This document shows, piece after piece, positions 42,454 through 53,605 of a stretch of 64,000 bases of DNA. Source of the DNA: Escherichia coli (GTDB lineage Bacteria; Pseudomonadota; Gammaproteobacteria; Enterobacterales; Enterobacteriaceae); assembly GCF_045037415.1 (NCBI RefSeq), contig NZ_CP173438.1. One strand, written 5' to 3'. A program made the translations under genes and the position numbers. Every line of letters begins with the position of its first letter. The stretch's first letter is position 1. The notes below the pieces were generated by a model. That model ran no database searches. It was not told where the DNA came from and worked only from the letters and a program-made list of their open reading frames with translations.

Positions 42454-43047
42454 TCATTTTTTACGTGCCAGCATCGTGGCGAAACGCAGTTTAATACGAT
42501 TACCGTTGGCGTCGGTGCGGTGCAGCTCGCCGACGTCTTCATTGTATTTCACCATCTCCCAGCCTTCGTAATATCGACGTAATTCCCCCTCTTTGAAGGC
42601 AAACGGGAAGCCGACGGTACATGGATAATCAGCGGTATCCATCGCCGCCACAATCAGGTTGTAACCGCCAGGTTTAGCGCAACGTTGCATATTGGCAATC
42701 AGCCCTGGGATGGTTTTAGCCTCAAGGAACATCAGCACCACAGTCGAAAGAATAAAATCGTACTGTCCATCAAATGTGAGGTTATTCAGATCAACGACCC
42801 GGGTGTGTAAATTATCCAGATTTTCAATGGACTTAATGCGCTCGACGTTGGCGATACTCATGGCATTTTTATCCCATGCGTCAACATCATAACCATTGGC
42901 TGCCAGGTAAAGACTGTTACGACCATTGCCACAGCCCAGATCCAGCGTTTTACCCGGTTTAACCACTTTCACCGCTTCCAGCACTTCAGAGTGTGTGCGG
43001 GTTAATTCATATTTATCAGTAAAATAGTTTTCATCACGAATGATCAT
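42454..43047 (-). CDS. tehB: Tellurite methyltransferase (197 aa)
   Basis: ORF 42454..43047; SAM-binding motif [11 protein letters not shown]. Confidence 0.9.
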   Translation of the reverse strand: MIIRDENYFTDKYELTRTHSEVLEAVKVVKPGKTLDLGCGNGRNSLYLAANGYDVDAWDKNAMSIANVERIKSIENLDNLHTRVVDLNNLTFDGQYDFILSTVVLMFLEAKTIPGLIANMQRCAKPGGYNLIVAAMDTADYPCTVGFPFAFKEGELRRYYEGWEMVKYNEDVGELHRTDANGNRIKLRFATMLARKK

Positions 43048-44036
43048 TCTTTGTCCTCTGCTTTCATTAAAACGGCGCGCTCGGTTCTGACTAACAATTT
43101 TCCCTGCATCAGAAGCGCAAAAGTACGGATGAGCAGTATTGCAATAATAAAATTGGTAAAGATAAACAGCGGCACCGCCAGCGTATGGAAAAATCCATTA
43201 TCGCTGCCACTCCCCAGATGCAAACCGGTGGTTGCCAGTGCAGATACGCCGAACGAGAAACTCCAGAATGAAGCATTAAATGGCTGGGAGAGATACCATG
43301 GCATCAGACATAGCATAAACAGCAGTTGCAGCAGTCCATAACCGAAAAGCATTTTCGCCAGCGTGTCACCCTCGCCGCCGTTGACGCTCAGCCAGGCACT
43401 ACAGGCCACCAGCGCAGGAGCGAGCTGAATGCCGAGTGATGTCCTCAGTGCCGTGGGTAATTCTCCCGAACTGCGCAGACGCTGCAAGATCACCGGTTCC
43501 AGGCTTAGCCATGAGAAAACGCCTGCGCCTAAAAACACCAGACCGGCGTCGGTGTAGCCCAACGCACCACAGGCCATTGCGCTGATAAAGTTGTTGGCAA
43601 CTGTCGGCAGATACAGTCCAGGCGTGGTAGCTTCTTCAGGGTGAGATCCACGCCATAATCCCGCAGTTTGCCAGGCGGCATAAGCCAACTGAACCACGAC
43701 ACCAAAACTGAACAGGCACACCGCCAGTGGGCGAAACCACGGAACAAAACCAATCGCCACCAGCATCGTCGTTGCCGGAAACAAACTCACAAAACTGCTC
43801 AGCACTGGATGGCGCACTTCTGCCAGCACGCTATGCGGAAAGCGTATGAGTCGGGTAATAAATGCGCCAGTCAATAATCCCCAGATGATCATCGCCAGAA
43901 TCACCAGCCCATCCCCCAACCAGTGGCTGACCTGCCAAACCTGGCTGGCATAGCGCCAGGCAAATCCCATCCCTATCGTCCCCAACACAATACCAAAGTA
44001 GCCTGCCGGCAAATTGAGCACTTTATCGTTCTGCAT
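43044..44036 (-). CDS. tehA: Tellurite resistance / dicarboxylate transporter family membrane protein (330 aa)
   Basis: ORF 43044..44144 trimmed to [30 protein letters not shown]; stop overlaps tehB start. Confidence 0.88.
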   Translation of the reverse strand: MQNDKVLNLPAGYFGIVLGTIGMGFAWRYASQVWQVSHWLGDGLVILAMIIWGLLTGAFITRLIRFPHSVLAEVRHPVLSSFVSLFPATTMLVAIGFVPWFRPLAVCLFSFGVVVQLAYAAWQTAGLWRGSHPEEATTPGLYLPTVANNFISAMACGALGYTDAGLVFLGAGVFSWLSLEPVILQRLRSSGELPTALRTSLGIQLAPALVACSAWLSVNGGEGDTLAKMLFGYGLLQLLFMLCLMPWYLSQPFNASFWSFSFGVSALATTGLHLGSGSDNGFFHTLAVPLFIFTNFIIAILLIRTFALLMQGKLLVRTERAVLMKAEDKE

Positions 44037-44159
44037 CTTCTTACTCATTTTGTTTAATTTATAAAGTATATTTGAAATGCATTTTATGGAATTTTCTCGA
44101 GCATAGCCAGAGCCGCAGAATTTGCTACGGTTATAGTAAGTCACCTGTGGGAAAACGCT

Positions 44160-45140
44160 ATGCGTAAATATCGTCTAAGTGAAGAACAGCGAGCCTTTAG
44201 TTATCAGGAAGATGGCACTAAAAAAAGTGTGTTATTACGGCAAATTATCGCCATGAGCGATTTTAACGATGTGATAGCAGGAAGCGCTGGCGGCTGGATC
44301 GATCGCGAAACGGTGTTAGCACAGGAAGGAAATTGCTGGATTTACGACCAGAATGCTATTGCGTTCGGCGGAACGGTGATTTCCGGGAATACGCGTATCA
44401 CCGGCACCAGCGTGCTGTGGGGAGAGGTTTACGCAACGGATAATGTCTGGATCGATAATAGTGAAATCAGCCAGGGTGCATATATAAGTGACAGTGTCAC
44501 CATTAGTGACTCATTAGTTTGCGGTCAATGTAGAATATTTGGTCACGCCTTAATTGATCAACATTCTATGATCGTCGCCGCACAAGGCTTAACGCCCGAC
44601 CATCAACTCCTGCTACAAATTTATGATCGCGCAAAGGTTAGCGCCTCGCGTATTGTCCACCAGGCACAAATTTATGGCGATGCCGTCGTCCGGTATGCTT
44701 TTATTGAACATCGCGCCGAAGTTTTTGATTTTGCCAGTATTGAAGGTAATGAAGAGAACAACGTCTGGCTATGCGATTGCGCTAAAGTTTACGGTCACGC
44801 GCAGGTGAAAGCTGGCATAGAAGAAGATGCCATTCCGACGATTCATTACAGTTCACAGGTGGCGGAATATGCCATTGTGGAAGGTAATTGTGTGTTAAAA
44901 CATCATGTCTTGATTGGCGGAAATGCCGTGGTACGTGGCGGACCGATTCTGCTCGACGAGCACGTTGTAATACAAGGTGAGAGCCGTATTACAGGTGCGG
45001 TGATAATTGAAAACCATGTGGAGTTAACTGACCACGCCGTCGTTGAAGCCTTTGATGGCGACACGATTCATGTCCGTGGTCCAAAAGTCATTAACGGCGA
45101 GGAGCGCATTACGCGAACGCTGCTGGCAGGGTTATTGTGA
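44160..45140 (+). CDS. ydcK: Beta-helix repeat protein YdcK (326 aa)
   Basis: ORF 44160..45140. Confidence 0.83.
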   Translation: MRKYRLSEEQRAFSYQEDGTKKSVLLRQIIAMSDFNDVIAGSAGGWIDRETVLAQEGNCWIYDQNAIAFGGTVISGNTRITGTSVLWGEVYATDNVWIDNSEISQGAYISDSVTISDSLVCGQCRIFGHALIDQHSMIVAAQGLTPDHQLLLQIYDRAKVSASRIVHQAQIYGDAVVRYAFIEHRAEVFDFASIEGNEENNVWLCDCAKVYGHAQVKAGIEEDAIPTIHYSSQVAEYAIVEGNCVLKHHVLIGGNAVVRGGPILLDEHVVIQGESRITGAVIIENHVELTDHAVVEAFDGDTIHVRGPKVINGEERITRTLLAGLL

Positions 45141-45671
45141 ATCGATAATACGCGCGTATAAGTTCACATCATCATAGGCATCATTCAGAAACTCAGCCTG
45201 TTTCAGGCAACCTTCAAGGATAAAACCATTGCGCAACGCTACCTGGTTGCTTTGCGGATTGTCCACCCGACATTTGATCACGAAGCGTCTAAGTTCACCA
45301 GACTGAGCGTAATGATGAATCAATGCCTGCAGCGCCTGAGAAATGATCCCCTGCCCCTGATGAGGTTCGTCCAGCCAGTAGCCGATTTCAGCGGTTTTAT
45401 TCAGTGGTTCAATACGATTAAAAGAGATAACGCCGATAAGTTCATCTTCTTTGAAAATCATGAACATTTTGGCATAGCCGCGTTGATGCAACATCACATT
45501 ACCCTGCACCGTTTTTCGCGTGTCCTCTTCACTTTGAACAAACTGCGGCCAGTTTAGCGACTGCTGTAACCAGGTTTTATTTTTACAGATTAACTGATAA
45601 AGAAGTGTGACATGACTTTCCGCAACAGCATGTAATTCAAGTGATTCGCTTACTTTTATCGTTTCAGTCAT
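45132..45671 (-). CDS. rimL: Ribosomal protein L7/L12-serine N-acetyltransferase (179 aa)
   Basis: ORF 45132..45686 trimmed to ATG 45671 ([16 protein letters not shown]); GNAT motif [10 protein letters not shown]. Confidence 0.85.
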   Translation of the reverse strand: MTETIKVSESLELHAVAESHVTLLYQLICKNKTWLQQSLNWPQFVQSEEDTRKTVQGNVMLHQRGYAKMFMIFKEDELIGVISFNRIEPLNKTAEIGYWLDEPHQGQGIISQALQALIHHYAQSGELRRFVIKCRVDNPQSNQVALRNGFILEGCLKQAEFLNDAYDDVNLYARIIDSQ

Positions 45672-45733
45672 CTTATCTCCAGTCAATCCATGCAGCTGTT
45701 AAAAAAGCCGCCTGGCTGGCGGCTTAGGAAAGT

Positions 45734-45958
45734 TTACACCTCTTTGACGCTCACCTGCTGCAGGATTTTGAGCATCTCATCTTTTAACTGTAGCTTTTGT
45801 TTTTTCATGCGGACCACTTCCGCATTGTACCCTCGACCGTCGGAACCTTCCTTTCTGGCAATTTCATGATCAAGTTTATTGTGTTTATCGAACAAGGACA
45901 TAAAGCGAGGATTTTCGTTTTTCAGACGGGATATTAAATCTCGGTATTCTGGAAACAT
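45734..45958 (-). CDS. ydcH: DUF465-family small protein (74 aa)
   Basis: ORF 45734..45964 trimmed to ATG 45958 (MFPEYRDLISRLKNENPRF). Confidence 0.8.
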   Translation of the reverse strand: MFPEYRDLISRLKNENPRFMSLFDKHNKLDHEIARKEGSDGRGYNAEVVRMKKQKLQLKDEMLKILQQVSVKEV

Positions 45959-46097
45959 ACGCACTCCCTGTTAGTGGCTGACAAGGTGTATCTGAAATAC
46001 ACACCAGCAGATTACTCATTTAACTTAGGAAAAAATGCGAGCGGGATCGTGTTTAACCAGACGGCACCTCCCGAAGAAGATGCCGAAGAAAAAACGA

Positions 46098-47753
46098 TTA
46101 ACTCATCACGCGGTCATCAACATACTGACGTTTATCCGGCGCTGGCGGGAAATACTGATATAACCATGTTTCACTGATAGCGTCGCCCTGACAACGCAGA
46201 TACATCCGCATATCGACCGGATCAGTGGAGTCCGAAGTCGGATACCAGTCAAACTGAATACGATAACCATCAATGGGTTCAATATAGAGAATTTCGATTT
46301 GCTTCGCTTCCCCACTGGAAAGCGTAATCACCGGCTCAATGCCTTTTGGCGCGGCAGCTTTCAGATCGCCACCAACGAAATCGACGGCAAAACGTCGCGC
46401 CCATTTTTCGGGATAGTGTTCACCTGGCGCCCAACCTTCCGGGAAACCGCCCATGCCGGTACGCGTCGCCATAACGCGCGCTAATGGGCAATGAACAGGC
46501 GGTTGCGCACTCCAGTACAGACGATACTGGAATGCAAACTCATCACCCGCTTTTACAGCTTTTTCTGGCTGCCAGAAGCAAACAATGTTATCCAGCGTTT
46601 CCCCCGTAGTTGGGATTTCCATCAGGCCGATGGTGCCCTTACCCCACTTGTTACGCGGTTCCACCCACAGACTTGGGCGTTTGTTATACCAGCCCATAAT
46701 GTCCTGATAATGGGAGAAATCACGATCCAGTTGCAATAAACCAAACCCTTTCGGGTTGTTGTCGGTGTAAGCATTGAACTGCAATTTTTGCGGATTGTTC
46801 AGCGGACGGCAAATCCACTCGCCGTTGCCCCGCCACATGGACAGACGATCAGAGTCATGGATTTGCGGATGAATGGTGTCGCACATCCGACGTTCATTAG
46901 TACCGCAGCTGAACATACTGGTCATCGGTGCAATGCCCAGCTGTTTAATGTCTTTGCGCGCATACAGGTGATTTTCCACATCCATAATCACCTGATTTTT
47001 CTCACAATGGATAGTGAACTTATAGGCACCAGTAATGCTGGCGCTATCGAGCAACGCATAAACGGTAAAGGTGGTTGCCCCTGGTTTTACCGTATCAAAC
47101 CAGAAGGCGGTAAAGTCGGGGAACTCTTCTTTGCTGTCGGTGTAAGTGTCGATCGCCAGGCCGCGGGCCGACAAACCGTATTGATATGTGTCATCAACGG
47201 CGCGGAAATAACTCGCGCCGAGGAATGATACTACATCACGGCGCGCCAGTTCGGGGGCTTTAAACACGCGAAAACCGGCAAAACCGAGATCGCTTTGCCC
47301 TTCTAATTGTTTGGTATCCACACCCGCATCGTTGTATTTGAACAACTCCGGGCGAAAGTGAATTTCACGCGCCAGATGTGTTGCTGGATCTACAGAAAAC
47401 ATACGAACGCGGCGACGGAATCCCATTCCCATATGGAAAAACTGAGCGTCCAGTTGACGGTTCTCAACGTTATGCCAGAGCGATTTTTCGGCGTCGTATT
47501 GAATACTGTTATAAGCCTGCGGCGTCATTGTCGCCAGAGTATCAGGTAACGGACGTGGTGCACCACGCCATGCTGTTTGCGCTAAGTCGTGCGCCATTGA
47601 CTGTAGAATGGAGAAGTCAAAACGCTGGGTTTGCCCGTCGGCAATATCAGAATCGGCCGCGAATGCCGCCTGAGAAAAAAGAGAAGCAATGCCGCTGGTA
47701 CCGCACACGGCGGCCATAGCCATTGAACCTTTAATAAATCGTCTACGATCCAT
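46098..47753 (-). CDS. mdoD: Glucans biosynthesis protein D, periplasmic, Tat-exported (551 aa)
   Basis: ORF 46098..47753; twin-arginine signal [16 protein letters not shown]... Confidence 0.9.
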   Translation of the reverse strand: MDRRRFIKGSMAMAAVCGTSGIASLFSQAAFAADSDIADGQTQRFDFSILQSMAHDLAQTAWRGAPRPLPDTLATMTPQAYNSIQYDAEKSLWHNVENRQLDAQFFHMGMGFRRRVRMFSVDPATHLAREIHFRPELFKYNDAGVDTKQLEGQSDLGFAGFRVFKAPELARRDVVSFLGASYFRAVDDTYQYGLSARGLAIDTYTDSKEEFPDFTAFWFDTVKPGATTFTVYALLDSASITGAYKFTIHCEKNQVIMDVENHLYARKDIKQLGIAPMTSMFSCGTNERRMCDTIHPQIHDSDRLSMWRGNGEWICRPLNNPQKLQFNAYTDNNPKGFGLLQLDRDFSHYQDIMGWYNKRPSLWVEPRNKWGKGTIGLMEIPTTGETLDNIVCFWQPEKAVKAGDEFAFQYRLYWSAQPPVHCPLARVMATRTGMGGFPEGWAPGEHYPEKWARRFAVDFVGGDLKAAAPKGIEPVITLSSGEAKQIEILYIEPIDGYRIQFDWYPTSDSTDPVDMRMYLRCQGDAISETWLYQYFPPAPDKRQYVDDRVMS

Positions 47754-47977
47754 ACCTGAAAGTGAGTCCTTCTGGTGTTGTGAATGGTCCCGCGCTGGTC
47801 ATTTTCAGCGGCAAGAAAGTGCTTATTTATGACCGCTCACTCTAGACAATATTTATTAATAATCCAATTGTTGAAATCAGAGAATATGCATAAATTGGCA
47901 TTTTTTTTATGTCGATGGGATGAGCCTGATTCGTTTGTAAAATCAGGCAAATTTTTGCAAAGGCGGATGGTCAGAAT

Positions 47978-49321
47978 TTAAAGCAAACCACAGCGACGTT
48001 TACTGCGTTCTTCCGCTTCCTGATAAAGCTGGAACTCATCCAAAACCGGACACCCCAACGCCTGCTCAAATGCTTCGCGACTGGCATCACCGTGATTGCA
48101 TGCCTGCGTTTCATTACCCAGATTTGACTGGAAGATCCCCGCCGCGCTAACGGGCAAGAAATCTTCATAGGTAATGGGTTGCGCCACTACCCAACCACGT
48201 TCTATTAAGGGCTGTGGATCGTCTCCGGGATGAATCGCCTGACGATGCGCCTCACCCGAAGGCGTCAGACGGTACCGGAACCATCCCAGCCCTTGCTGAC
48301 GCATTAAAAACTCACTGTCAGGAAAAGTGCGGAAGGTTTCCTGTAAATGCATTTGGTGAGTGAGATTATCCTGCCCGGTTCCAGCGTTCCGCAGAAGATC
48401 ATCATACAGTTGTCGCCCTTTCGGCGTTAATGCCACACCACGCTGCTCAATTTCACCAAAGCGCGCGGTATGTGTGCCCTGTTTCTGCCCCGCAAACAAC
48501 ACCGTCTCTTCCAGTGCTTTAAAGCTGGTCTGGCGTAGTAAAATCGGCACCTCGCGGCGCGGCGGCCCTTCGATCAGAATTTTGGGTTCAATTCCGCATT
48601 CAGGCATCATCGACTGCACCCGGTCAATATCCAGCGTGCGTGGCGTCAGGTGGTTGATATGGCATCCAGGAAAACAGACCACATCAGCAATCAACCGATG
48701 TTCTTTGTGCAAGGCGCGATAGGTTTTTTCATCTACCGTTGCTGACTGGTGCCAGCGAAACGTTTCCAGGGCTTCCTGCACAAACTCCTGTGCCTGTGTT
48801 TCGTTAAAACCGCCCCGCTGCTCATATTCCTGTAACAGTTGTCGACAACGTGGGGTGAAGATATCGCGCTGACGCAGAATCTCCGCCGCTTTCTGGCGTA
48901 ATAATTCGTTCTCGATAAGCTCAAGGCGGAGTAATGAGGTAAAAACGCGGAAGGGATTACGCGCCAGAGAAGCAGCATCAATGGGCCGAAATGCTGTCGA
49001 ATGTACCGGCACCCCTGCCTGCGAGAGATCGTAATAGCTCACCGGGTACATCCCCATAATGGCAAACATCCGCCGAAGAGTAGCAAGCTCTTGTGCAGTC
49101 CCAACGCGAATCGCCCCATGACGTTCAACATTCAGTCGCGCCAGTTCGTCTGCATTTACCATTTTTTCGTGCAGTTGAGGATTGTTTTCCAGCACCGCCA
49201 GATTTACATCAGCTACCAGTTCCAGCAGCGTGCCGTACTGCGGAACTTCTTGCTGGTACATGGCTGACATTGCCTGCGAAAACTGTTCCCGAATCTCATC
49301 CGCCGTGATGCTGTTCGCCAT
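47978..49321 (-). CDS. ydcJ: DUF1338-family metalloenzyme-like protein (447 aa)
   Basis: ORF 47978..49321. Confidence 0.85.
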   Translation of the reverse strand: MANSITADEIREQFSQAMSAMYQQEVPQYGTLLELVADVNLAVLENNPQLHEKMVNADELARLNVERHGAIRVGTAQELATLRRMFAIMGMYPVSYYDLSQAGVPVHSTAFRPIDAASLARNPFRVFTSLLRLELIENELLRQKAAEILRQRDIFTPRCRQLLQEYEQRGGFNETQAQEFVQEALETFRWHQSATVDEKTYRALHKEHRLIADVVCFPGCHINHLTPRTLDIDRVQSMMPECGIEPKILIEGPPRREVPILLRQTSFKALEETVLFAGQKQGTHTARFGEIEQRGVALTPKGRQLYDDLLRNAGTGQDNLTHQMHLQETFRTFPDSEFLMRQQGLGWFRYRLTPSGEAHRQAIHPGDDPQPLIERGWVVAQPITYEDFLPVSAAGIFQSNLGNETQACNHGDASREAFEQALGCPVLDEFQLYQEAEERSKRRCGLL

Positions 49322-49537
49322 AGTGTCTGCCTCCAGTGGTCAGTAATCTGGAGTGTAGGTAACCGCATTCACTCCGGCTGGAAGAATTTACAAACTGTGA
49401 TCTCGCCGCGAAAACATCAATATTATCCATTTTGCTGTAACATAGTTGCTTTAATTGTTAATAATATTTTGCAATCAAGTTATCATAATAAAACAACTTC
49501 ACTTGTCAGCGACACCGCTTCGTTTTTAACATCGCTT

Positions 49538-50461
49538 ATGGAAAAAAATAGTCTGTTTAGTCAGCGCATCCGTTTGCGCCACCTTCATACATTCGTAGCT
49601 GTCGCACAACAAGGAACTTTGGGGCGCGCGGCTGAAACCCTTAATTTGAGTCAACCTGCGCTCTCTAAGACATTGAATGAACTGGAGCAGCTGACGGGCG
49701 CTCGCTTGTTTGAGCGTGGTCGTCAGGGGGCGCAACTTACCTTACCCGGCGAACAATTTTTAACGCATGCAGTCAGAGTTCTTGACGCCATCAACACTGC
49801 CGGACAGTCGCTTCATCGTAAAGAAGGTCTTAATAATGATGTCGTCAGGGTTGGTGCGCTACCTACTGCGGCACTAGGGATATTACCTTCGGTTATAGGT
49901 CAGTTTCATCAGCAACAAAAAGAGACGACCTTGCAAGTTGCGACAATGAGTAACCCTATGATTCTGGCGGGTTTAAAAACCGGGGAAATCGATATCGGCA
50001 TTGGTCGGATGTCAGATCCTGAACTGATGAACGGGCTTAATTACGAACTACTGTTTCTTGAATCGCTGAAGCTGGTTGTCCGCCCTAATCACCCGCTACT
50101 TCAGGAGAACGTAACGCTAAGCCGGGTGCTGGAATGGCCGGTCGTTGTATCACCAGAAGGCACTGCGCCACGCCAGCATTCAGATGCATTAGTGCAGAGC
50201 CAGGGATGTAAAATTCCTTCGGGTTGTATCGAAACGCTGTCTGCTTCGCTATCTCGTCAACTTACGGTTGAATACGATTACGTGTGGTTTGTCCCTTCTG
50301 GCGCTGTAAAAGACGACCTGCGTCATGCCACGCTGGTAGCCCTGCCTGTTCCGGGACATGGTGCAGGCGAACCGATTGGAATACTGACCCGCGTAGATGC
50401 GACGTTCTCTTCTGGTTGCCAGTTGATGATTAACGCTATTCGAAAATCAATGCCGTTCTGA
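49538..50461 (+). CDS. ydcI: LysR-family transcriptional regulator (307 aa)
   Basis: ORF 49397..50461 trimmed to ATG 49538 (MEKNSLFSQRIRLRHLHTFVAVAQQGTLGRAAETLNLSQPALSKTL), LysR HTH. Confidence 0.85.
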   Translation: MEKNSLFSQRIRLRHLHTFVAVAQQGTLGRAAETLNLSQPALSKTLNELEQLTGARLFERGRQGAQLTLPGEQFLTHAVRVLDAINTAGQSLHRKEGLNNDVVRVGALPTAALGILPSVIGQFHQQQKETTLQVATMSNPMILAGLKTGEIDIGIGRMSDPELMNGLNYELLFLESLKLVVRPNHPLLQENVTLSRVLEWPVVVSPEGTAPRQHSDALVQSQGCKIPSGCIETLSASLSRQLTVEYDYVWFVPSGAVKDDLRHATLVALPVPGHGAGEPIGILTRVDATFSSGCQLMINAIRKSMPF

Positions 50462-50498
50462 AAGGTGAAGGGATCTGTCGATCCCTCCTTTAACATTT

Positions 50499-51020
50499 TC
50501 ACACCGTAGCAAAACTAACTGGTTCACCCGCTCCTCGTGGTTCTGCCGACACAGAATGTTTGTTCAGACGGAATACGTCCACCGCCTCAGTTAGTCGTGC
50601 CGCCTGTTCTTCAAGGGACACCGCCGCCGTTGAGGCCTCTTCTACCAGAGAAGCATTCTGTTGCGTCACCTTATCCATTTCAGAAATCGCCTGGCTAACC
50701 TGCGTTATGCCTCGACTTTGTTCACCCGAGGCGGTGGCGATTTCCTGCATGATATGTGTGACACTCGCGACGGCATCAACAATAGTGCACATGGTTTTCC
50801 CTGCCGTTGCCACCTCATCCGATCCCAGGTCAATTAACCTGACTGATTCACTGATCAAGCCTTCAATCTCTTTCGCCGCCTGGGCGCTGCGGCTTGCGAG
50901 TGTCCGTACTTCGCTGGCGACAACGGCAAATCCACGGCCTTGCGAGAGTAACGAATGATTAAACTGGCTAAACCGAATGACGAAAAATTCTGGAAAGCAG
51001 CACGCGATTTCGTCAGGTGA
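50499..51020 (-). pseudogene. 5'-truncated methyl-accepting chemotaxis protein (trg-like) remnant: C-terminal signalling domain only
   Basis: In-frame translation ...[34 protein letters not shown]...VSFATV*; MCP homology starts near 50942; upstream in-frame segment (to stop at 51021..51023) is unrelated and has no ATG/GTG/TTG; no TM, periplasmic or HAMP region. Confidence 0.6.
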
Positions 51021-51099
51021 TTATTTTCGTCCCTAAGGAAACCACATAGGATGCTCACGGGTGCCTGAGACTTTCTGTTTTCAGGCTAACCTGGAATCA

Positions 51100-51145
51100 G
51101 AAAGACGAAGGCCCCGACCGATATTTCTATCAACCGAGGCCAACG

Positions 51146-51175
<30 letters not shown>
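51100..51175 (-). ncRNA. sokB: Expected position of the SokB antisense RNA (approximate)
   Basis: Placement by analogy with hok/sok loci where the antisense RNA overlaps the mok translation-initiation region; exact ends not determinable from sequence. Confidence 0.3.
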
Positions 51176-51354
<179 letters not shown>

Positions 51355-51425
51355 GGGCAAGCGCGGGGGTTTTCCCCGCGCATCTGACTAGCGGATTCAT
51401 TTTCTCATGGCCCCCCTTTTACACT

Positions 51426-51599
51426 TCAGTTAGTGCATGTTTTTTTCGATGCACTAATAGAACCATCATTACAGACAAATTTGCCGCCTGCCGTACAGTG
51501 TGAGATCCCCCCTTTCGAACCAGAACAGGGTTTGCGCCCGGCATCGGCATAAAAGGAAACAAGCGTTCCCATAACCAGGATAAGTGCCAGTTTTTTCAT
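51426..51599 (-). CDS. ydcA: Small secreted protein YdcA (57 aa), not in ORF track
   Basis: Translation MKKLALILVMGTLVSFYADAGRKPCSGSKGGISHCTAGGKFVCNDGSISASKKTCTN*; ggagg SD; signal peptide. Confidence 0.75.
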   Translation of the reverse strand: MKKLALILVMGTLVSFYADAGRKPCSGSKGGISHCTAGGKFVCNDGSISASKKTCTN

Positions 51600-51769
51600 A
51601 TAACCTCCATGATTTATCGAATCTTATGTTCGATTTGAACGTTATACGCTGGTTTATTTTGATACCGTTGATGAGATCAAAGATCGGGTGAATTGATTAA
51701 AGATAAGCCAGATGGACGTATAGACAAGGATTATGGTTTTATTTGTCATACAAATAAATATAATAGGCG

Positions 51770-51833
51770 CTTCCGATGTAGGCCCGTATTCTTCGCCTGT
51801 ACCACGGGTCGGTTTTAGTACAGGCGTTTTCTT
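51770..51833 (+). ncRNA. rydC: RydC small regulatory RNA
   Basis: cttccgatgtaggcccgtattcttcgcctgtaccacgggtcggttttagtacaggcgttttctt matches the RydC sequence as recalled; terminal hairpin cgcctgtac/gtacaggcg plus U tract; sits between ydcA and cybB. Confidence 0.7.
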
Positions 51834-51843
51834 TAAATATCCT

Positions 51844-52374
51844 TCAGGAACGTTTACGTGGCATCATGCGTAGAAGTGTGTTGTCCTTCCAGAAATAGTG
51901 GTGTGCCAGTGCAGCCGCAGCGTGCAACCCGATGACAAAATATCCCAGATTCGCCAGCGTTTCATGCCACGACTTTAAGCTATCAACCCGCTCGAAATTG
52001 GCCTCTGAAGCGTAAGGCATCGTCAAACCAAACGCAAACCACGGGTTGCCCCGGTTATACATCATCACCAAACCAATCACCGGCAGCGCAATAAACAGGA
52101 GATAAATCACCAAATGGCCCAAATGCGCCAGTCCCGTCATCATCGGTTTTGGCTTAGGTATAATCGGCGGGGTTGGGTATTTCAGCCTTAACAAAAGACG
52201 AACCACCATCAGTACGAGAATTGAGATGCCACAGGAAACATGAATCATGTTGATGAGGGGCCGATCGCTACGTGGGAAGAAACCACGAAACTCCATTGCG
52301 CAATACGCTACGATAACCAGCAAAAAGACCAGCCAGTGAATGCTGATTTGTAACCTTGAGTATTTATTTCCCAT
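51844..52374 (-). CDS. cybB: Cytochrome b561 (176 aa)
   Basis: ORF 51844..52410 trimmed to ATG 52374 (MGNKYSRLQISIHWLVFLLV); heme-ligand histidines in TM helices. Confidence 0.88.
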   Translation of the reverse strand: MGNKYSRLQISIHWLVFLLVIVAYCAMEFRGFFPRSDRPLINMIHVSCGISILVLMVVRLLLRLKYPTPPIIPKPKPMMTGLAHLGHLVIYLLFIALPVIGLVMMYNRGNPWFAFGLTMPYASEANFERVDSLKSWHETLANLGYFVIGLHAAAALAHHYFWKDNTLLRMMPRKRS

Positions 52375-52562
52375 AACATTTCCTGCTTTAACATAATTTG
52401 CCGTTAACATAACGGGCTTTTCTTAAAATTTCATTAAATATTGTTCACCCGTTTTCAGTACGTTACGTTTCACTGCAAGAATGTAGATTGCCCATCCCGC
52501 CATCCTGGTCTAAGCCTGGAAAGGATCAATTTTCATCCGAACGTTCCTGACAGGAGAAGACC

Positions 52563-53564
52563 ATGAGTAAAGTTGGTATTAATGGTTTTGGTCGTATCGG
52601 TCGACTGGTGTTGCGTCGATTACTTGAAGTCAAAAGCAACATAGACGTTGTCGCTATTAATGATCTCACTTCCCCAAAAATTCTCGCCTACCTGCTGAAA
52701 CATGATTCAAACTACGGACCGTTCCCCTGGAGCGTTGATTATACGGAAGATTCACTTATCGTTGATGGGAAAAGTATCGCGGTTTACGCCGAAAAAGAGG
52801 CTAAAAATATTCCGTGGAAAGCGAAAGGCGCAGAAATCATTGTCGAATGTACAGGCTTTTATACCTCCGCCGAGAAATCGCAGGCGCATCTTGATGCTGG
52901 CGCGAAGAAGGTGTTGATTTCCGCCCCTGCCGGTGAAATGAAAACCATCGTTTATAACGTCAATGACGACACTCTGGATGGCAACGACACCATTGTTTCC
53001 GTGGCGTCATGCACCACTAACTGCCTTGCGCCGATGGCCAAAGCCTTGCATGACAGTTTCGGGATAGAAGTCGGCACGATGACGACCATTCATGCCTATA
53101 CCGGCACCCAGTCACTGGTGGATGGCCCGCGTGGTAAAGATTTACGTGCTTCACGCGCAGCGGCAGAAAATATCATTCCCCACACTACGGGGGCGGCAAA
53201 AGCCATTGGCCTGGTGATCCCGGAACTGAGCGGCAAACTGAAAGGTCATGCGCAACGCGTGCCGGTGAAAACAGGTTCGGTCACTGAACTGGTGTCGATT
53301 CTCGGAAAAAAAGTGACTGCCGAAGAGGTGAACAACGCGCTTAAAAAGGCGACAAACAATAACGAGTCATTTGGTTATACCGATGAAGAAATAGTCTCTT
53401 CCGATATCATTGGCAGCCATTTCGGTTCGGTGTTTGATGCCACGCAAACGGAAATTACCGCCGTGGGCGATTTACAACTGGTGAAAACGGTCGCCTGGTA
53501 CGATAACGAATATGGCTTCGTCACGCAGCTTATTCGCACCCTCGAAAAATTCGCTAAACTCTGA
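52563..53564 (+). CDS. gapC: Glyceraldehyde-3-phosphate dehydrogenase paralog, intact (333 aa)
   Basis: ORF 52563..53564 uninterrupted; NAD-binding [10 protein letters not shown] and catalytic [10 protein letters not shown]. Confidence 0.88.
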   Translation: MSKVGINGFGRIGRLVLRRLLEVKSNIDVVAINDLTSPKILAYLLKHDSNYGPFPWSVDYTEDSLIVDGKSIAVYAEKEAKNIPWKAKGAEIIVECTGFYTSAEKSQAHLDAGAKKVLISAPAGEMKTIVYNVNDDTLDGNDTIVSVASCTTNCLAPMAKALHDSFGIEVGTMTTIHAYTGTQSLVDGPRGKDLRASRAAAENIIPHTTGAAKAIGLVIPELSGKLKGHAQRVPVKTGSVTELVSILGKKVTAEEVNNALKKATNNNESFGYTDEEIVSSDIIGSHFGSVFDATQTEITAVGDLQLVKTVAWYDNEYGFVTQLIRTLEKFAKL

Positions 53565-53571
53565 CGCGCAC

Positions 53572-53595
53572 AGGCGGAGGAAAAAACCTCCGCCT
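53572..53595. terminator. Hairpin between convergent gapC and aldA
   Basis: stem aggcggagg/cctccgcct with aaaaaa loop, followed by ctttc. Confidence 0.5.
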
Positions 53596-53605
53596 CTTTC
53601 ACTCA

